A stretch of DNA of 63,945 nucleotides, filler included, from Guillardia theta CCMP2712 (Eukaryota > Protista > Cryptophyta): NCBI RefSeq assembly GCF_000315625.1. It is 5 parts of 5 records of this genome, joined end to end, with 100 filler letters (N's around TTAATTAATTAA, not from the genome) between each part and the next. Parts side by side here need not be neighbours in the genome. Positions count along the whole stretch, not along the records: positions 1 to 19,417 come from NW_005434462.1; 4 more parts are not named here. One strand, 5' to 3'. The stretch's first letter is position 1. Each line of letters opens with the position of its first letter. Below the pieces are notes generated by a model. That model had not been told where the DNA came from. It did no database searches and saw only the letters and a program-made list of their open reading frames with translations. This document shows, in pieces, positions 1 through 16,117 of this stretch. The translations under genes and the position numbers were made by a program.

Positions 1-3649
<3,649 letters not shown>

Positions 3650-4247
3650 AGGTGGCACTGAGCTATCATGGACGAGGAGGAGGAGGAAGGTAGAAGGATG
3701 ATGATGATGAAGAAGAAGAGAGGGAGAGGGAGAGGGAGAGGGAGAGGGAGAGGGAGAGGGAGAGGGAGAGGGAGAGGGAGAGGGAGAGGGAGAGGGAGAG
3801 GGAGAGGGAGGAAGATGAGGGTGACAGCGGATCAGGGGAATGCGGGGCTCAGTTACAACGGGGATGTGCGATTATTTCGAATAGAACCAGAAACATGGAC
3901 GAAAAACGTTGCAAGGAAGAGGACGAAGCTAAGGAAAATCAAACACGGAGGAAGGAAATGCAAGCGAGGGCAAGAAGGAGGCGAAGGAACAAAGAGGGCA
4001 GGAGGAGTGGAAGAGGAGGGACGGGAGGATAGAGGTCGATGCAACAGGGGGCAGGATGAGGAGAAGGAAGAAGGAAGGCCCGAAGAGGAGCGGGTGGGGA
4101 AGAGGAGGAAGAGGAGGAGGGGAGGGGGGAGGAGGAGGGGAAGGGGAAGGAGGAGAAGAAGGAAGAGGAGGAGGGGAGGGGGAAGGAGGAGGGGAAGGGG
4201 AAGGAGGAGAAGAAGGGGAGGAGGAGGGGAAGGGGAAGGGGAGTCCT

Positions 4248-5090
4248 TCACTTGTCGTGGTCGAAGTTGATCTTGATGTCTGTGACGATCTTCTCCTTGG
4301 AGGACTGCAGGAGCCAACCTATAGTGGCTGAGGGAACGAAACTGAGGAAGGGAAGGGCTTCCTCCACCAGCCCAGAGACTGCAAGGATGCACTTGTATGT
4401 GAAGGGCTGATCGCCGAACCTGTACACGGCTAGTCAGCGAGGACAGCAGGAGCAGGAGCGGGAAGGGTAAGGAAGAGAGAGTGGGGAAAGATGAAGAGGA
4501 AGAAGCAGGGGGAGGAGGAAGAGGAGGAACGGGGGATGAGGAGGTAGCAGTACGTCTGGAAGAGGAGGAAGGCGTAGACGGGGGACCACAGCAGGTCGAT
4601 GGACTCTCCCACAGGTCCGGGAAGGAGAAGCTCAGGGGAGGAGCCGACGATGTCGAGGAGGAGACACAGGAAGAGCCGCTGCAGCTGGGAGGGGGAGAGA
4701 GTGGCGAGACGCGTTGCGCTCGCAGCCACGAGCTCCCGAGGGTTCAGGTTACCTCCTCCTGCTGCGGAGCTTCGGGCGAGGAGACCGAGGGAGAGAACAG
4801 AGAGGGAGCATGCTCCTGCTGTAAAGACGGCTCGGAAGGTTTCGCGGAAGCCGTCGAGGTCGAGAGCGACAACAGATCTTGCTCCTGCTTTCTTCATCCT
4901 GACACTCATGCTCCTGCTCGCGGGAACGAGCGAGTTCCTAGCGCCGGTCAGGATGGGGGGGCTAGAGGTGGGCTGGAGAGAAGCTCAGAGTAGTGAAAGG
5001 AGTTTGAGACGTCACCTGGAGCGGGAGGGGGACTAGAAACGCGTGGAGGATGGAAGTGAGGGTGAAGAGGACCAGCAGACGCTGAGGTAG
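4248..5090 (-). CDS. Small membrane protein of unknown function with a probable bipartite plastid leader; start codon unresolved
   Basis: Spliced reading gives ...LCLLLDIVGSSPELLLPGPVGESIDLLWSPVYAFLLFQT|FGDQPFTYKCILAVSGLVEEALPFLSFVPSATIGWLLQ...DK* (stop 4248-4250). An upstream exon reads RLLVLFTLTSILHA-FLVPLP. The D..G / GE..D..W.P / EE.LPF..(F)VP.ATI.W pattern resembles small membrane proteins I recall from bacteria and algae. Confidence 0.65.
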
Positions 5091-5588
5091 ACTGTCAGGA
5101 TACCAGCCTCCTCGTCAGCTCTATCAACGTCTCTTCATTAACATCTTTCTTGTTCGCTTCATAATATCTTTTGCTTGAACTTGTAAATCTTTCACATCCC
5201 TTCCAGTTTCATACATTCTCATCTCCTATCTCCTTCATTCATGTTTTGACCTCCCTCTCCCTTCAACTCCTCTTCTCTCCTCTCCCTTCCCCTCTCTCTG
5301 TCCTCCTCCTCCTCCTCCTCTTCTCCCCGCTCTTTCTCTCACCATCTCGGCCCTGCATTTTGCCATAGCTCCTTTCCTTACATCTGCCCTTTGACCCCTA
5401 CCCCTACTCCTTGCTATTTTCCCACCCTACCTATCAACTACGACAATACGACTAGTGATTTCAAATTCAATTTCCATTTTATTTGAACTCTGATAATTAT
5501 TTTTCAAAATTGAGCTGGTAAGTCCGTGCAATCTCGAAATATGGCCTGATCCGCCTCATTGCCCTAAAGTATACGCCCGGCGGAAGAA

Positions 5589-7495
5589 ATGGCGAAGCGT
5601 GTTACGACAATGGCGGCGATGGCGGCGATGGCGGCGATGGCGTCAGCGATCCACCTTCCTTCATCACATGAGCTCTCTCCTCCCAGTCTCCTCCCCCTCT
5701 CTCCTTCCTCTGCACTCTCTGCTTCTGTTCAGCACAGGAGGATCGCGCGTTCCTTGTGCACAAGCACGCGCATGCGCAGTGGGCGACTGGTGGAGGCTGG
5801 TACGGAGGAAGGGATCCTCAACATGAGAGGAGGGAAACCTTCAGCTGAAGAGAATCTTGCTGGCCAGGGGAGCCCCTGCGGTCTCACTTGGCCCATCACA
5901 ACATGCTGGATGTACTTCATGTCCATCGCCCTCTGTGCCCCCGCGCTACCGTCCATGGCGAACAAGATCGCTCGATCGGACGGGAAGGGAACAGTCAGTG
6001 CTGAAGGCGTGAGGCTGTATGGCACCCTCACCAGCATCGACCAGGCCTTCACAGTGCTCTTCACAAAGCTCTGGGGCTCGTACTCCGACGTCATCGGCCG
6101 AAAGCCCCTCATGCTCTTCTCAGCCGCAGGTCTTGCGGTAGGATGGGCCACCGTGGTGAAGGCGGCAGAGAACAAGAACATGGCTCTGCTCTACTTCGGT
6201 CGCATGCTCGACGGCATCACATCGTGCATGCAGCCGATCTGTCAGTCAGCGGTCCAAGATGTGTCGGCACCCGAGCAGCTGAAGGTGAAGGAGGGAGAGG
6301 CTGAACCTGCAAGGCTGAAAGTGTTGGCAGGCGAACTTCGGCATCCTCCTTGGCCTTGCTGTGGGAGGAGCCTTCATCCTTGGAGCGATGATGGGAGGCA
6401 TCATCACCTCCATCAAGGGCCCGGAGCTGGTCATGGCAACAGCCTCCCTTGTCTCAGCTGTCAACTTCTTTGTCACGCTCTTCTTCGCCCCCGAGACTCT
6501 CCCACCTCATAAGAGGATGGCAAAGGTGCAGTGGAAGGAGGCGAACCCCTTCGGCGCCATGGAGATCCTCACGTTCGATCCCCAGCTCCCTCCTCCTTCT
6601 CCTCTCACCTCCCACTGCAGGCGCGATCTCGTCACGGCGGGAGCAGCTGCCTCCTACCTCCTCATCTGGACAGCGTTGAACGGACAGCAGGTCAGTTCCT
6701 CCTCCTCTCTCAACACTCTCCGTGAGTTCGTCGTTAGACGAACTTGTTCTCCTACGTCGAGTACCGATACGGATGGGACCGCACAAGAGGCGCCATGCTC
6801 CAGGTCCCCGCGCTCACCATCCATGACCTAATCCTCCTCATCTCCTCTTCCTCTCCAGGCCCAGGTTGGACTTGTCCTCGCCCTCAGCCAGAGTCTCGCC
6901 CCCAAGTACCTCAGCCCCTACCTCAGCACCTCCAACATCATTCAGCTTGGCCTCTTCCTCTACCTCGTCTCCGGCAGTGAGTCCCACTGCCCTCCCGTGC
7001 CCCCACCCCTTGCTGACCGTCTTCAGTCATCATGGGACTGGCTCCTAACGGGCTCGTCTTCACGGGAGGAGCGCTCCTCTCAGCCGTTGGCTGCATGGCG
7101 ATCCCTGTCCTCATGTCCGTCGTGGCGTCTCGAGCGCCGCCAGGAAAGTCCGGAGCGATGCTCTCGGCGCTAGAGACAGGTGCGCTACCTCCTCGCTCCC
7201 TCTCTCCCTTCCCTCTCAGCCTCCTTTCCTCCCTGACTCCCGTCCCTCTCCCCTCTCTTCTTCATTTCACTGAGAATGGACTCAGGCCTCACGCTTGATC
7301 GCGTGCTCGCATTCAAGTCCATGGCCTCGCTGTTCGCCTGGGTGCGGCCGAGAGGAGGGAGGGAGTTCGCATCTGACGTCTCCTGCGCAGGGAATGAAGA
7401 AGTCGATCCCTGGCGTGTTCCACTACGTCGGCTCCACATGCTGCCTGCTGGCTATGCTGGTGATGACGATGATCTCGAAGGAGGTGGACAGATGA
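5589..7495 (+). CDS. Major facilitator superfamily transporter (TetA/DHA1/MFSD14-like) with an N-terminal targeting extension
   Basis: MFS motif A (WGSYSDVIGRKP), LYFGRMLDG, FFAPETLP and ANPFGA motifs, and many hydrophobic helices. Introns are ~46-nt GT-AG (e.g. 6285-6330). Stop at 7493-7495. Confidence 0.9.
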
Positions 7496-7827
7496 AGTGA
7501 ACGAGCAAGAGACTTGGTCGTCTACCCTGCTGGGGTTACATTACAGCCATGGCGGCACCTAGCGAGCAAACTTGTGCTTGCGCCCTTCCTCCTGCCCCTC
7601 GTGAATTCTCTTCATCCCGCAGCGCTCGTGCCTCTGCCGCTGCTTTTCTAGTGATAAAACCTGATGGATGACATAAACTGATTGTACTGGAGGAGGGAAT
7701 AGCGGGATGGATGGACACGGGATGGATGGACGGACGGACGCCGAGGGGGAAAGCGGTGAGAGGGGAGGGAGGGAGGAGGAGGGGAGGAGGGAGGGGGGGG
7801 GGGCGGGGGCGGGGCGAGTAAGGAAGG

Positions 7828-7927
7828 NNNNNNNNNNNNNNNNNNNNNNNNNNNNNNNNNNNNNNNNNNNNNNNNNNNNNNNNNNNNNNNNNNNNNNNNN
7901 NNNNNNNNNNNNNNNNNNNNNNNNNNN
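7828..7927. other. Assembly gap (100 N)
   Basis: N run. Confidence 1.
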
Positions 7928-10798
7928 ACCTACTCTTTTCCTCCTCCTCCTCCCTGGGGGGGGGGGGGGGGGAGGAGGAGGAGGAGGAGCAGCAGCAGCA
8001 GGAGGAGGAGCAGGAGGAGGAGGAGCAGGAGGAGGAGCAGGAAGAGGGAGGGCGAGAGGTGGAGGAAGTTAGGAAGCTGCTTCGCGCCACCTGAGTTGCT
8101 CGATGGCTCCTCTCGCCTTCTCCTCGGAGCTTCTAACGTCAACTGCCACAGTAAGTGAGCGAGGAGGCGTCAGTCCCCTTTGCATCTCACGCTGAAGATC
8201 CTCGATCGTGCCCTTCCCGTCCTCCGAGCAGCAAGGATGAGCCGCAGCTCCTTGTTGCCCGGAACTCGCCACTGCATGATGGGAGGCTGGAAGTTCGGGA
8301 CCTCCTTGCAAAGAGCAAGCTGAGGGGCAGCAGGCTGCCTCTGAGTTGAAATTCCCGTTGCTGTTCCGGTTCTCAGTATCGTCTTGATGGAGACAGCATG
8401 GAAGGAATCTCATCTCTCAGAGCTCTATCATTAGTGTTGATAGGCTATCAAACGATAAATTCCTGTTGGATTTCTTGTCGCCTGTTACCCGAAGATTAGC
8501 ATAACAACCAAACAAGGCAAGACAAGCATCTTGATTCCCTTTCCCTTCCTCTTCCTCCCCATCCTTTCTCTCCCTTCCTCTTCCCCTTCCTTTCCTCACT
8601 ATCCCCTACACGTCCCTCCCCTCCCCTCCCCTGCCACGCCCTCAGTGCATTTGATCTTCTGCTTTTTCAAAAGTTTCGAAACTTTGGGAGTTTGAGACTT
8701 ACAGTTGCATCGAAACTTACAGGGACTACAAACTTTCTGAGAACTTTCGAAAGTTCCAGAATGGGCAGAACAATGGTTCAAACCAAAAAGGATCAAATAA
8801 ATCAAGCATGAACCGAATCAAACCTGAGGTCGTCCGAGTTGAGGAAAGGTTTTGTAAAGTCGGGGCAATAATAATACTAAGTCGGGGGCAATACTAAAAA
8901 TCAGTAAAATGGAGGAACAAGAAGAAGTCTCTACACACATCGTTTGAGTTCTGAGTGATCCGCAACACCCGGTTCCATTTCGTTGAAGGAAGGGGTGGAG
9001 TGGTGCCACCATTTGCTATGACGGGGTCCTATACTGCTACATCGGAATAGAACCTTTCTACAAGCGTCCTCCCTTAGGCCTAAAGAGAGGTAGAGGCCCA
9101 CTTCCCTAAACATTGAGGGTCCTAGGATTCTGATAGGTTGATAAGACCCCACTCTGAATTGTCCAAGGGACTCGTGGGCTGCGGCCTGCGCATGCTTGTA
9201 AGGCTGCTAAACGAGCTCTCCATGGGTGTGGCAGGCGTTTAGCATAACCCCTACCCCCCTCTTTCCCATAAAACAATAGCCAAAGAGGTGGGTGTGAAAG
9301 GAACTTCTCTCAACGCTGTCGTTGACGCGCCATCTTCAGCGGTTTTCAGGTACAACTAGAGCACCCCCACCCCCCAAGCTCTGATTCTGTAACCTCCGAT
9401 GTACCCCTACCAGGCAATCTTTGATGACCTCACGTCATCGCCCCACCCCTACACCCCCCTACCCCTCTCACCGGAATCGTTTTGTTCCATATTCCCCAAG
9501 TTCTGGCATGGAGCATCCCCACCCCTGTAAGTTTGTCCCCAACTTTTCACTACCGGTGGTCTTTGAATCAACACCACACAGGACCAGTTGTTTTCCCTGC
9601 AAAAGTCAGTGGAATGGCAAGATAACTGGTAGGGTAAACCAACCCCTGGGTACTCTTGAGAAGCCCACCACCTCCTGCAATCTAACCTCTTCCTTCCCCA
9701 AGTTCTATTTCTAGACCCCTGTTGTCTCGTACTACACCCCCTTGATAATACCAGCAAAGTACCCCTAATTTTGCCTGCCATTAAAGAACCTACCCCTCAT
9801 ATCATGACTTCTCTTCTTCCCCCGTTTCATTTCTCTTCCCCCAGTTCATGACCCCACCCCCGAAAAGTGGGATCGGACTGCCCACCCTGTTTCCTCACAC
9901 TACCCTACCTACTCCACTGGTCCATCTGAAAATCTCCTTGCCATGGATCCTTTGTTACACCACTTTGTGACACACTACCCTACCCCGTCGTTGGTGACCA
10001 CCCCAAGAAGAATGAACAGACCTACCCCGGTAAAAGCTCCTTGCATCGGCTACCCAAGTTTTTCCTGCATAAATACATACCCAGGGGGGTACATTTGAAC
10101 ATCTCAGGACATCCCACCCGTTGCAAACATGGTACCCACCTCCGCCATTTGATCAATAGAGCCACTACCCCACCTCATATAAGAATCCACCCCTACCCCC
10201 TCAACAAACATTCTCGTGAGTTACCACCCACCCCAGGAGGTGGGGTCATTCAGAGATTTCACCTCTTCCCTCCCCTTACAAGGCAGAACCCACCCCACTT
10301 GGTTCCTTATGGATGTTTTCATGAGAACCCTCTTCTATCACCACCCACCCCGAACATGGAGAATGACCAGAAATGGAGGGGTTCAATTCAATCATCACAG
10401 CAGTTCCCAGGACTTTCTAGCGCAGTACGATAGGTATCAATGATTTACCTATGAACACATTCGGTAAATCGAAGACCCTTGTTTAGTCTTCTTTGCTCTA
10501 CATTAGGAGTCCAATGGAACAGACACCCCCCACCCCTGCAAACAAACCCCACCTCGTAAATCTCCAAAAACTTGGATGACCCTACCCCTCCTGAAAAATA
10601 ATTTTCGCGAGTACCCACCCAGGGTTATGTGACATCTCCCCACATTGTTTTTTTATGACCTACTCCACTCCTGCTTCCCTTAAGCCATCCTCCCTCTCCC
10701 ACTCTCCTCCTCCTTCTCCTCCTCCACCTGCTCCTCCCCCCTCTTCCTCCTTGTTCTTCGTGAACACTCTACTCCCAAAAACTTAGCCTCATCCTCTG

Positions 10799-12031
10799 AT
10801 GGGTAAAGGCTGGACCACGCAATGCTCAGAAACAGACAAGAGAAGTAATTTACTCAACGCAGCCACCTTCCTGGTGGTTTTCGTCGTCCTGCTTCAGGAT
10901 GGCTCCGCCTTCCACATGGGAGCGGTTGGACCTTCCCTGGGACGATCAAGGATAACAACAAGCAACCTGGTTCGCCTGAGACACATGACGAGAGTTCCCC
11001 TGCGACGCCAGCCTCTATCTGAACCGGCGAGCTATGACAACCTGAAGAGCCTGTCGGGTTTGAAGAAGAGGACCGGGGTTGCTGTGAGGTTCAAGCAGTC
11101 TCTGGCGGATGCAGCAACTTTCAGCACAGACCAGCTGGATCTCTCCGCCTACATCAACAAGATCAGCAATGGCGTATCGGAGAAGATGATCGGAGGTACC
11201 CTCGCCATCGTCGCCTTGATCCAGCTGTCGAAAGGCCTCGTGCTCTTCAGCCCTCCAGGAACCAACCTGATGGCGCATGCTGTCGCTGGGGCACTTGGGG
11301 GGATTGTTGCTCTCTCAGTCGGCTACCCTTTGGAGGCTGTGGAGAGAGGACAGAAGAAGATGGGAGAGTTCGGCTCCATCTTCAACCGAATGCAGAATGT
11401 CTTCCGCAGCCGAGTCACGGACCTTTACAAGGGCTTCCGAAAGTCAATGGTGGTCACGGCGATCACGAGGGCGGTCAATGCTGGCACGTACGCATACTTG
11501 AAGGGGACTCTCTCCCTCTCCTCCATCTCCGGGGGGCTCGGGGTTGTAGCTGTGGCAGCGTTCGGGACAGGTATCATGTCGACCTTGATCTCGCTGTTGT
11601 TCGACCCAGCGAGCTCCGAGCGCAAGATGAACTTGGCTCACAAGCTCATGGATGCGGGGAAGCGATGCCTCTCGAACATCGTGGGGTTCGAAGTGTTCTT
11701 CCTCTCCTATACAGCCCTGTGCGTGATGAACCCTATCCTGAGCATCAGCCTGGGAGGAGCAGCGATCTCGGGCGCTCTGTGTGGGTCTGCTTCCTATGTT
11801 GCTAGCGCTTCCTTGGAGGGAGTCATGGACGGAAAGGGTGTTGTCCCGCACAATGGAGTGAGGAGACGCGGGGGAGTTGTGGATTCCATCAAGTTTGCGT
11901 TGAAGAGGACCGGTTCAGTCTTGCAGGAGACCATCTCGCACTGCAGGAGATCTGACGTTTGCTCGTTAGTGGCACTCTCGAATGCGGTATTGTTTGTAGT
12001 TTATCAGGCGGTTTACGAGATTTTAGTGTGA
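10799..12031 (+). CDS. Intronless divergent mitochondrial-carrier-family-like membrane protein with a signal peptide + GSA-F leader
   Basis: 410-aa ORF. Contains AGALGGIVALSVGYPLEAVER (Px[DE]xx[KR]-like) followed by LYKGF, plus further Gly/Ala-rich helices. The N-terminus LVVFVVLLQDGSA-F is followed by an R/S-rich stretch. Confidence 0.7.
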   Translation: MGKGWTTQCSETDKRSNLLNAATFLVVFVVLLQDGSAFHMGAVGPSLGRSRITTSNLVRLRHMTRVPLRRQPLSEPASYDNLKSLSGLKKRTGVAVRFKQSLADAATFSTDQLDLSAYINKISNGVSEKMIGGTLAIVALIQLSKGLVLFSPPGTNLMAHAVAGALGGIVALSVGYPLEAVERGQKKMGEFGSIFNRMQNVFRSRVTDLYKGFRKSMVVTAITRAVNAGTYAYLKGTLSLSSISGGLGVVAVAAFGTGIMSTLISLLFDPASSERKMNLAHKLMDAGKRCLSNIVGFEVFFLSYTALCVMNPILSISLGGAAISGALCGSASYVASASLEGVMDGKGVVPHNGVRRRGGVVDSIKFALKRTGSVLQETISHCRRSDVCSLVALSNAVLFVVYQAVYEILV

Positions 12032-12531
12032 GTTTTGCAGAAAACGTGTATGTGCTTTAGACTATTTTTTCCTTGTTTATTCAAAATTTTGTAGTTGTAA
12101 ATAAAGCAAAAGTTTCCAAAATTTTCACGTTGAGAGTCGTTCTGTGAGTGTTTGTGTGTGTTGAAATTTCTTAATTTCCACTGTACTTGTTGAATCTTCC
12201 TTGGCTTCCACAGTTTTTGAAAGGTAATGAGCATGCGTGCCGGCACTCAATATTTCCTTGTTACATGCTATGCAATCTCGTGATGAAGAAACTTTGCAGA
12301 AGCGCATTTAAAAATGACTCCCTACAGGTGTTGTTAGGATAGCATGCCAAGGTCTAAGATTAAAGTTTAATCACTATTTTATTTGACAACAAAACCATTG
12401 GCTCAAAAATCTACACAGTGGCCGTGAGTTTTTTTCGTGTACAGACCTTCCTTCATGATACATATATATCACAAAAACATGAAAGGAGGAAACAAGCTTC
12501 AAACTTTCCGATGAAAGTTGATAACGGATCT

Positions 12532-12947
12532 TCAAAAGAAGGAACGATGATAAGAGATTTTTGAAAGGCTCAAATGCCTTTCAGTCGCCTGGGGCTGAGA
12601 TTGACGCAGACTTTTGCCAAATATCCTTCTAGAAAATGAATCTGGCAAAACGAGTTGGATCTGAATTGCGGTAACAAAAGGAGAATGGAAACGGCATATT
12701 AGCCTTGCCTCAGCCTCGCCTGCTGGATGCTTTGCAGAAGAAAATCTTCTCCTAGAGGATTGTTTCCTCTCTCTCTCTGACCATGAGGGAACTTGTCCAT
12801 GCACTGCAGCTGAGCCGCCGTGAGCTTCAAGGATGCTCTCCGGGTGAGAGATGGATAAGAAAACTTAACTGTTGACTCCACAATGTCAATGCTACGATTG
12901 TTGAAATGTTTTACAGCAGTCTGAGAAATGACCCTGGATCTTCCCAT
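12532..12947 (-). CDS. Small orphan protein, family member A (probable GC-AG intron 12719-12661)
   Basis: MGRSRV...NRSIDIVES...RRASLKLTAAQLQCM...EDFLLQSIQQ| aligns with the ORFs at 15867 and 17198. Confidence 0.55.
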
Positions 12948-12983
12948 GACCAAACAAATGGTGTCTTTCCTTTCCAAGACAAC

Positions 12984-13034
12984 CTTGCCTTGCCTTGCCT
13001 TGCCTTGCCTTGCCCTGCCTTGCCTTGCCTTGCC
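12984..13034. repeat. (CTTGC)n microsatellite
   Basis: Directly visible. Confidence 0.9.
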
Positions 13035-15866
13035 TCTTCGTTTCCTGTCTCGTGTCGTGTCGCGTCCTGTTTCTCTTGTTCTCGCGTCTTCCAAACCCTC
13101 CTTTTCTAGACGTCTTCACTTCAAGTCCCCCTGCAAGATTGGGGGGACACACGTCGGACCCGAGGCTGAAACCTCTCGTTTTCGTAAATCATGACGATCA
13201 GAGAAGGTTCGACCTCTTCCAAGAAGTCGAAGTGCTGACTCGTTTGCTGACTCAGTTGCAATCCTTCAACAGCCCACCCCCCAGGACCCCCTTATTCCCC
13301 CGATGCAACAGGTGATGTCGACTCCCGGGGTACTTAGAGGCTCATGTCGCCCAACGACTGTATGGGGCTGCCAATGGGTCAGACTCGTCAGCCGCCTGTA
13401 GAGCCTTGAGACATGATCAAGAGATCTAGTTCTTAAGGGAGTCGCAACCCGTTCGCCCTGCACCTCGACCTTTACAACAGTCATCTTAGCGAAGTAGTCA
13501 CGGTCCTTGTCTGGTACTGTACGCCCCTTGCCGCCACCAGTCACGTTTTGCGATATATCTCGAATCCGTTCTCTGCTGGTCTAGAAGTCATCCGCACCAT
13601 CCGCCCGCACTCGGATTTTCAACGTAACTTTGAGTCACAGTAAAGAAGCCCTGACTACACTTTTTAGCAGCACTGTCCGATCCAGTCCGGACGGTCGGTC
13701 TCACAGGCCGCCGGGACCATGCCGCAGTGCGCGGCGCCGGCGCGGCGCCACCCGGCCGGCGCCGCAACGCCAGTGAGTGACTGGGCCGGAAGTTCGCCGC
13801 GCGGCCCGGGCGACTAAGTTGATCGGTGATGATCGGCCCAGAGGATCAGACTCCCCGGCGGCATATCATTCAGGGATGATCATCATCGCCGAGTCAGAAT
13901 AATACTAAGTTATTCAATGATGATAGTAGTAGTATAAGTGACTCTCAAAGTGAACACTTTGCCAGGAGTAAAGACTCAAAGTGAAAGTTCACTGCACAGG
14001 TGAAGCCTGGGGAACTTAGTTGATTCCCGTCCGACGACGGTCTACCGTCCGGCGCACCCGGGACCGGCGATGATACGCCGATCCGTTCCGATGGTTCACC
14101 GGGTCAATATCAGGCGCTGGCAACTTGTCAGAGCCTTAATAAGTCGGATTGGAAACTGAAATTCTAAACATCCTTTATTCAATTATTCATCTCAGTCCTC
14201 GACCTTTCAGAATTTGTCAACAATGATGTCTGAGTCATCCTCTCCTCAGCCGCAAGAGGGAAACCGGATCGGACTCGTTCATTTCATTGTATTCATACAG
14301 AGTCCAGGTCAACGTGTCACTTGCCAGGTAGGATCTTTGAGGTCTTGAGGTCCCGTTGTTCCCTGCAAGCTTGCATCGTCTCTTACTACAACAAGCTTCG
14401 TGTCAGCCCTTGTATGAGAAAGTTTGTGTGCTCGGGGCCCTTACACACCCGGCGGCTCACGTTTCTTCAACCATCACAGTTATTCTGCTCTTTCGGATTT
14501 GTCGAGCCTGTTCAACTGCTTCGAGAAGAAAGTTTGGTCCTAACACGTTGCGAACTCTCTTGTCAGTCTCGTCCCGCATTCCTTTGACGTACTCTTCTTG
14601 GGACACCGACAGTCAGGACAAATTTCTTAGTGTGGCCCTTGTGAGTAGAACTTGTGTACAAGGCGAAGGATGACTCAACAATTCGAATCCCAAAGGATTT
14701 TATCGCCATTGCGGTCTTGTACAGAATATAATGATAACACAAAACGACCAAGTCTTCTGCGACAATGCAGAACTTATTGTGATGATATTTCCCCAAGGTT
14801 GACTTGAGTCAAGTACGAATTTTACATCGAACTCGAATCACTACACCGAGATAAAATGATTGTTGCAGGAGTCAAAGACAGGGAGGAAGGGAGGGAGACA
14901 GGGATGAAGGGAGGGGAGGGGAGGGGACTGAGGGGAGGGGAGGGGAGGGAGGTAGAAAGCGCTTGCTAACAGCGTCGGGAGGGGACTCAATTGTAGTTAC
15001 ACGAACATGGAGGATATGACTATAAAAGGGGTGGGGTGGGAATGGTCGGAAGAGTCGGTGCTTTCGAGGGTGCAAGTACAGAGGTAGGGGGATTTAATTA
15101 ATAGCTCTATTGAGAAATTTCTTCTCTTGGGGCCATCAGATATTCCCTTCGTGAACACTCGTATCCATCACTGCCACGTGTCGGAATCCCTGCAGTCAGA
15201 TTGGAACTCTTGACATTCAAATTTGAAATTTAGGAGCAGTACTTCAAAACTGCTCACTATGTTTACAACAGATTCACAACTTTTACAAGCATTGCCTTCT
15301 TCGGAGTCATCGACCGACAGGGAAATAGTTCGAACCACCACCCACCATCCCCCAGTACTATTATTCAATGGGGTAGTGAGGGTACTGTACGGGCCCCGGA
15401 CGTTAGATCGTGTATCTGGTGGTCTTCTAGAAGACTCCGTGTTTTGACCACGGTCAAACCCTTGCAGGGAGTGGGTATCTCAAGATTGCACTGCGACCCT
15501 ACACACGAAAAACAAACAACGTTTCAGACAAGCTCCGGAGAAAACAATGGAACAAACAACGTTTCGTCTAATACGTTATTTTTATCTTCGACTTTTTCGA
15601 GCGAAAATCTCCCCGGCCTCCCCCCGCCCTTGATCTCTTTCCCCAACTCCCTCTTCCTCCATTTCAGCCTCCCCTCTCACCAGCCCCCCGCCCCGTTCCT
15701 CTGCTCCAGCCCCCCCGCACCTCCGAACTTTTTGCACCGCCAATCCTCCCCCAGCCAGCCAGCTTCTATCCTTGTCATCATCTGATAGTGCATTTTCTGC
15801 GCTCGAGCAAGCTCTGATCCTACACCCACGTGCCTGTCTGTGAACTCCTCGAGGTCATCTGAATCC

Positions 15867-16117
15867 ATGGATCCACAAGCAACAAAGGACTTCTCCATTG
15901 AGCTGCTGAATTTCTCATTCGAAAGGCCCAGAACTTTACCGAAGAGAGCATTCAAACTTTCTGATTCGCAACGAGCCTATCTAGACTCCTCGCGCCATGT
16001 GTCACAATCGAAAGGATCTGTGACGATGTCAGATGCAGATTGTCTGCTCGCCAGTATAAATCAGGTTAGGGGGCGGTACATGGATCTTTCTTGAAGCAGA
16101 TGCAGTCTCTTTCATAA
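15867..16117 (+). CDS. Small orphan protein, family member B (~70 aa)
   Basis: MDPQATKDFSIELL...KRAFKLSDSQRAYL...ADCLLASINQ| then a GT intron at 16065 and a short last exon ending TAA 16115-16117. Confidence 0.6.

Noticed and set aside
5497-5517. AAAATTGA (mimivirus early-promoter-like) in TTCAAAATTGAGCT, similar at ~16221-16240
   Set aside because: Only two copies seen, both in host-type DNA outside the AT-rich island; compatible with chance.
14223-14680. Possible fourth member of the small-gene family
   Set aside because: It has coding-like exons but none of the three shared motifs; too weak to call.
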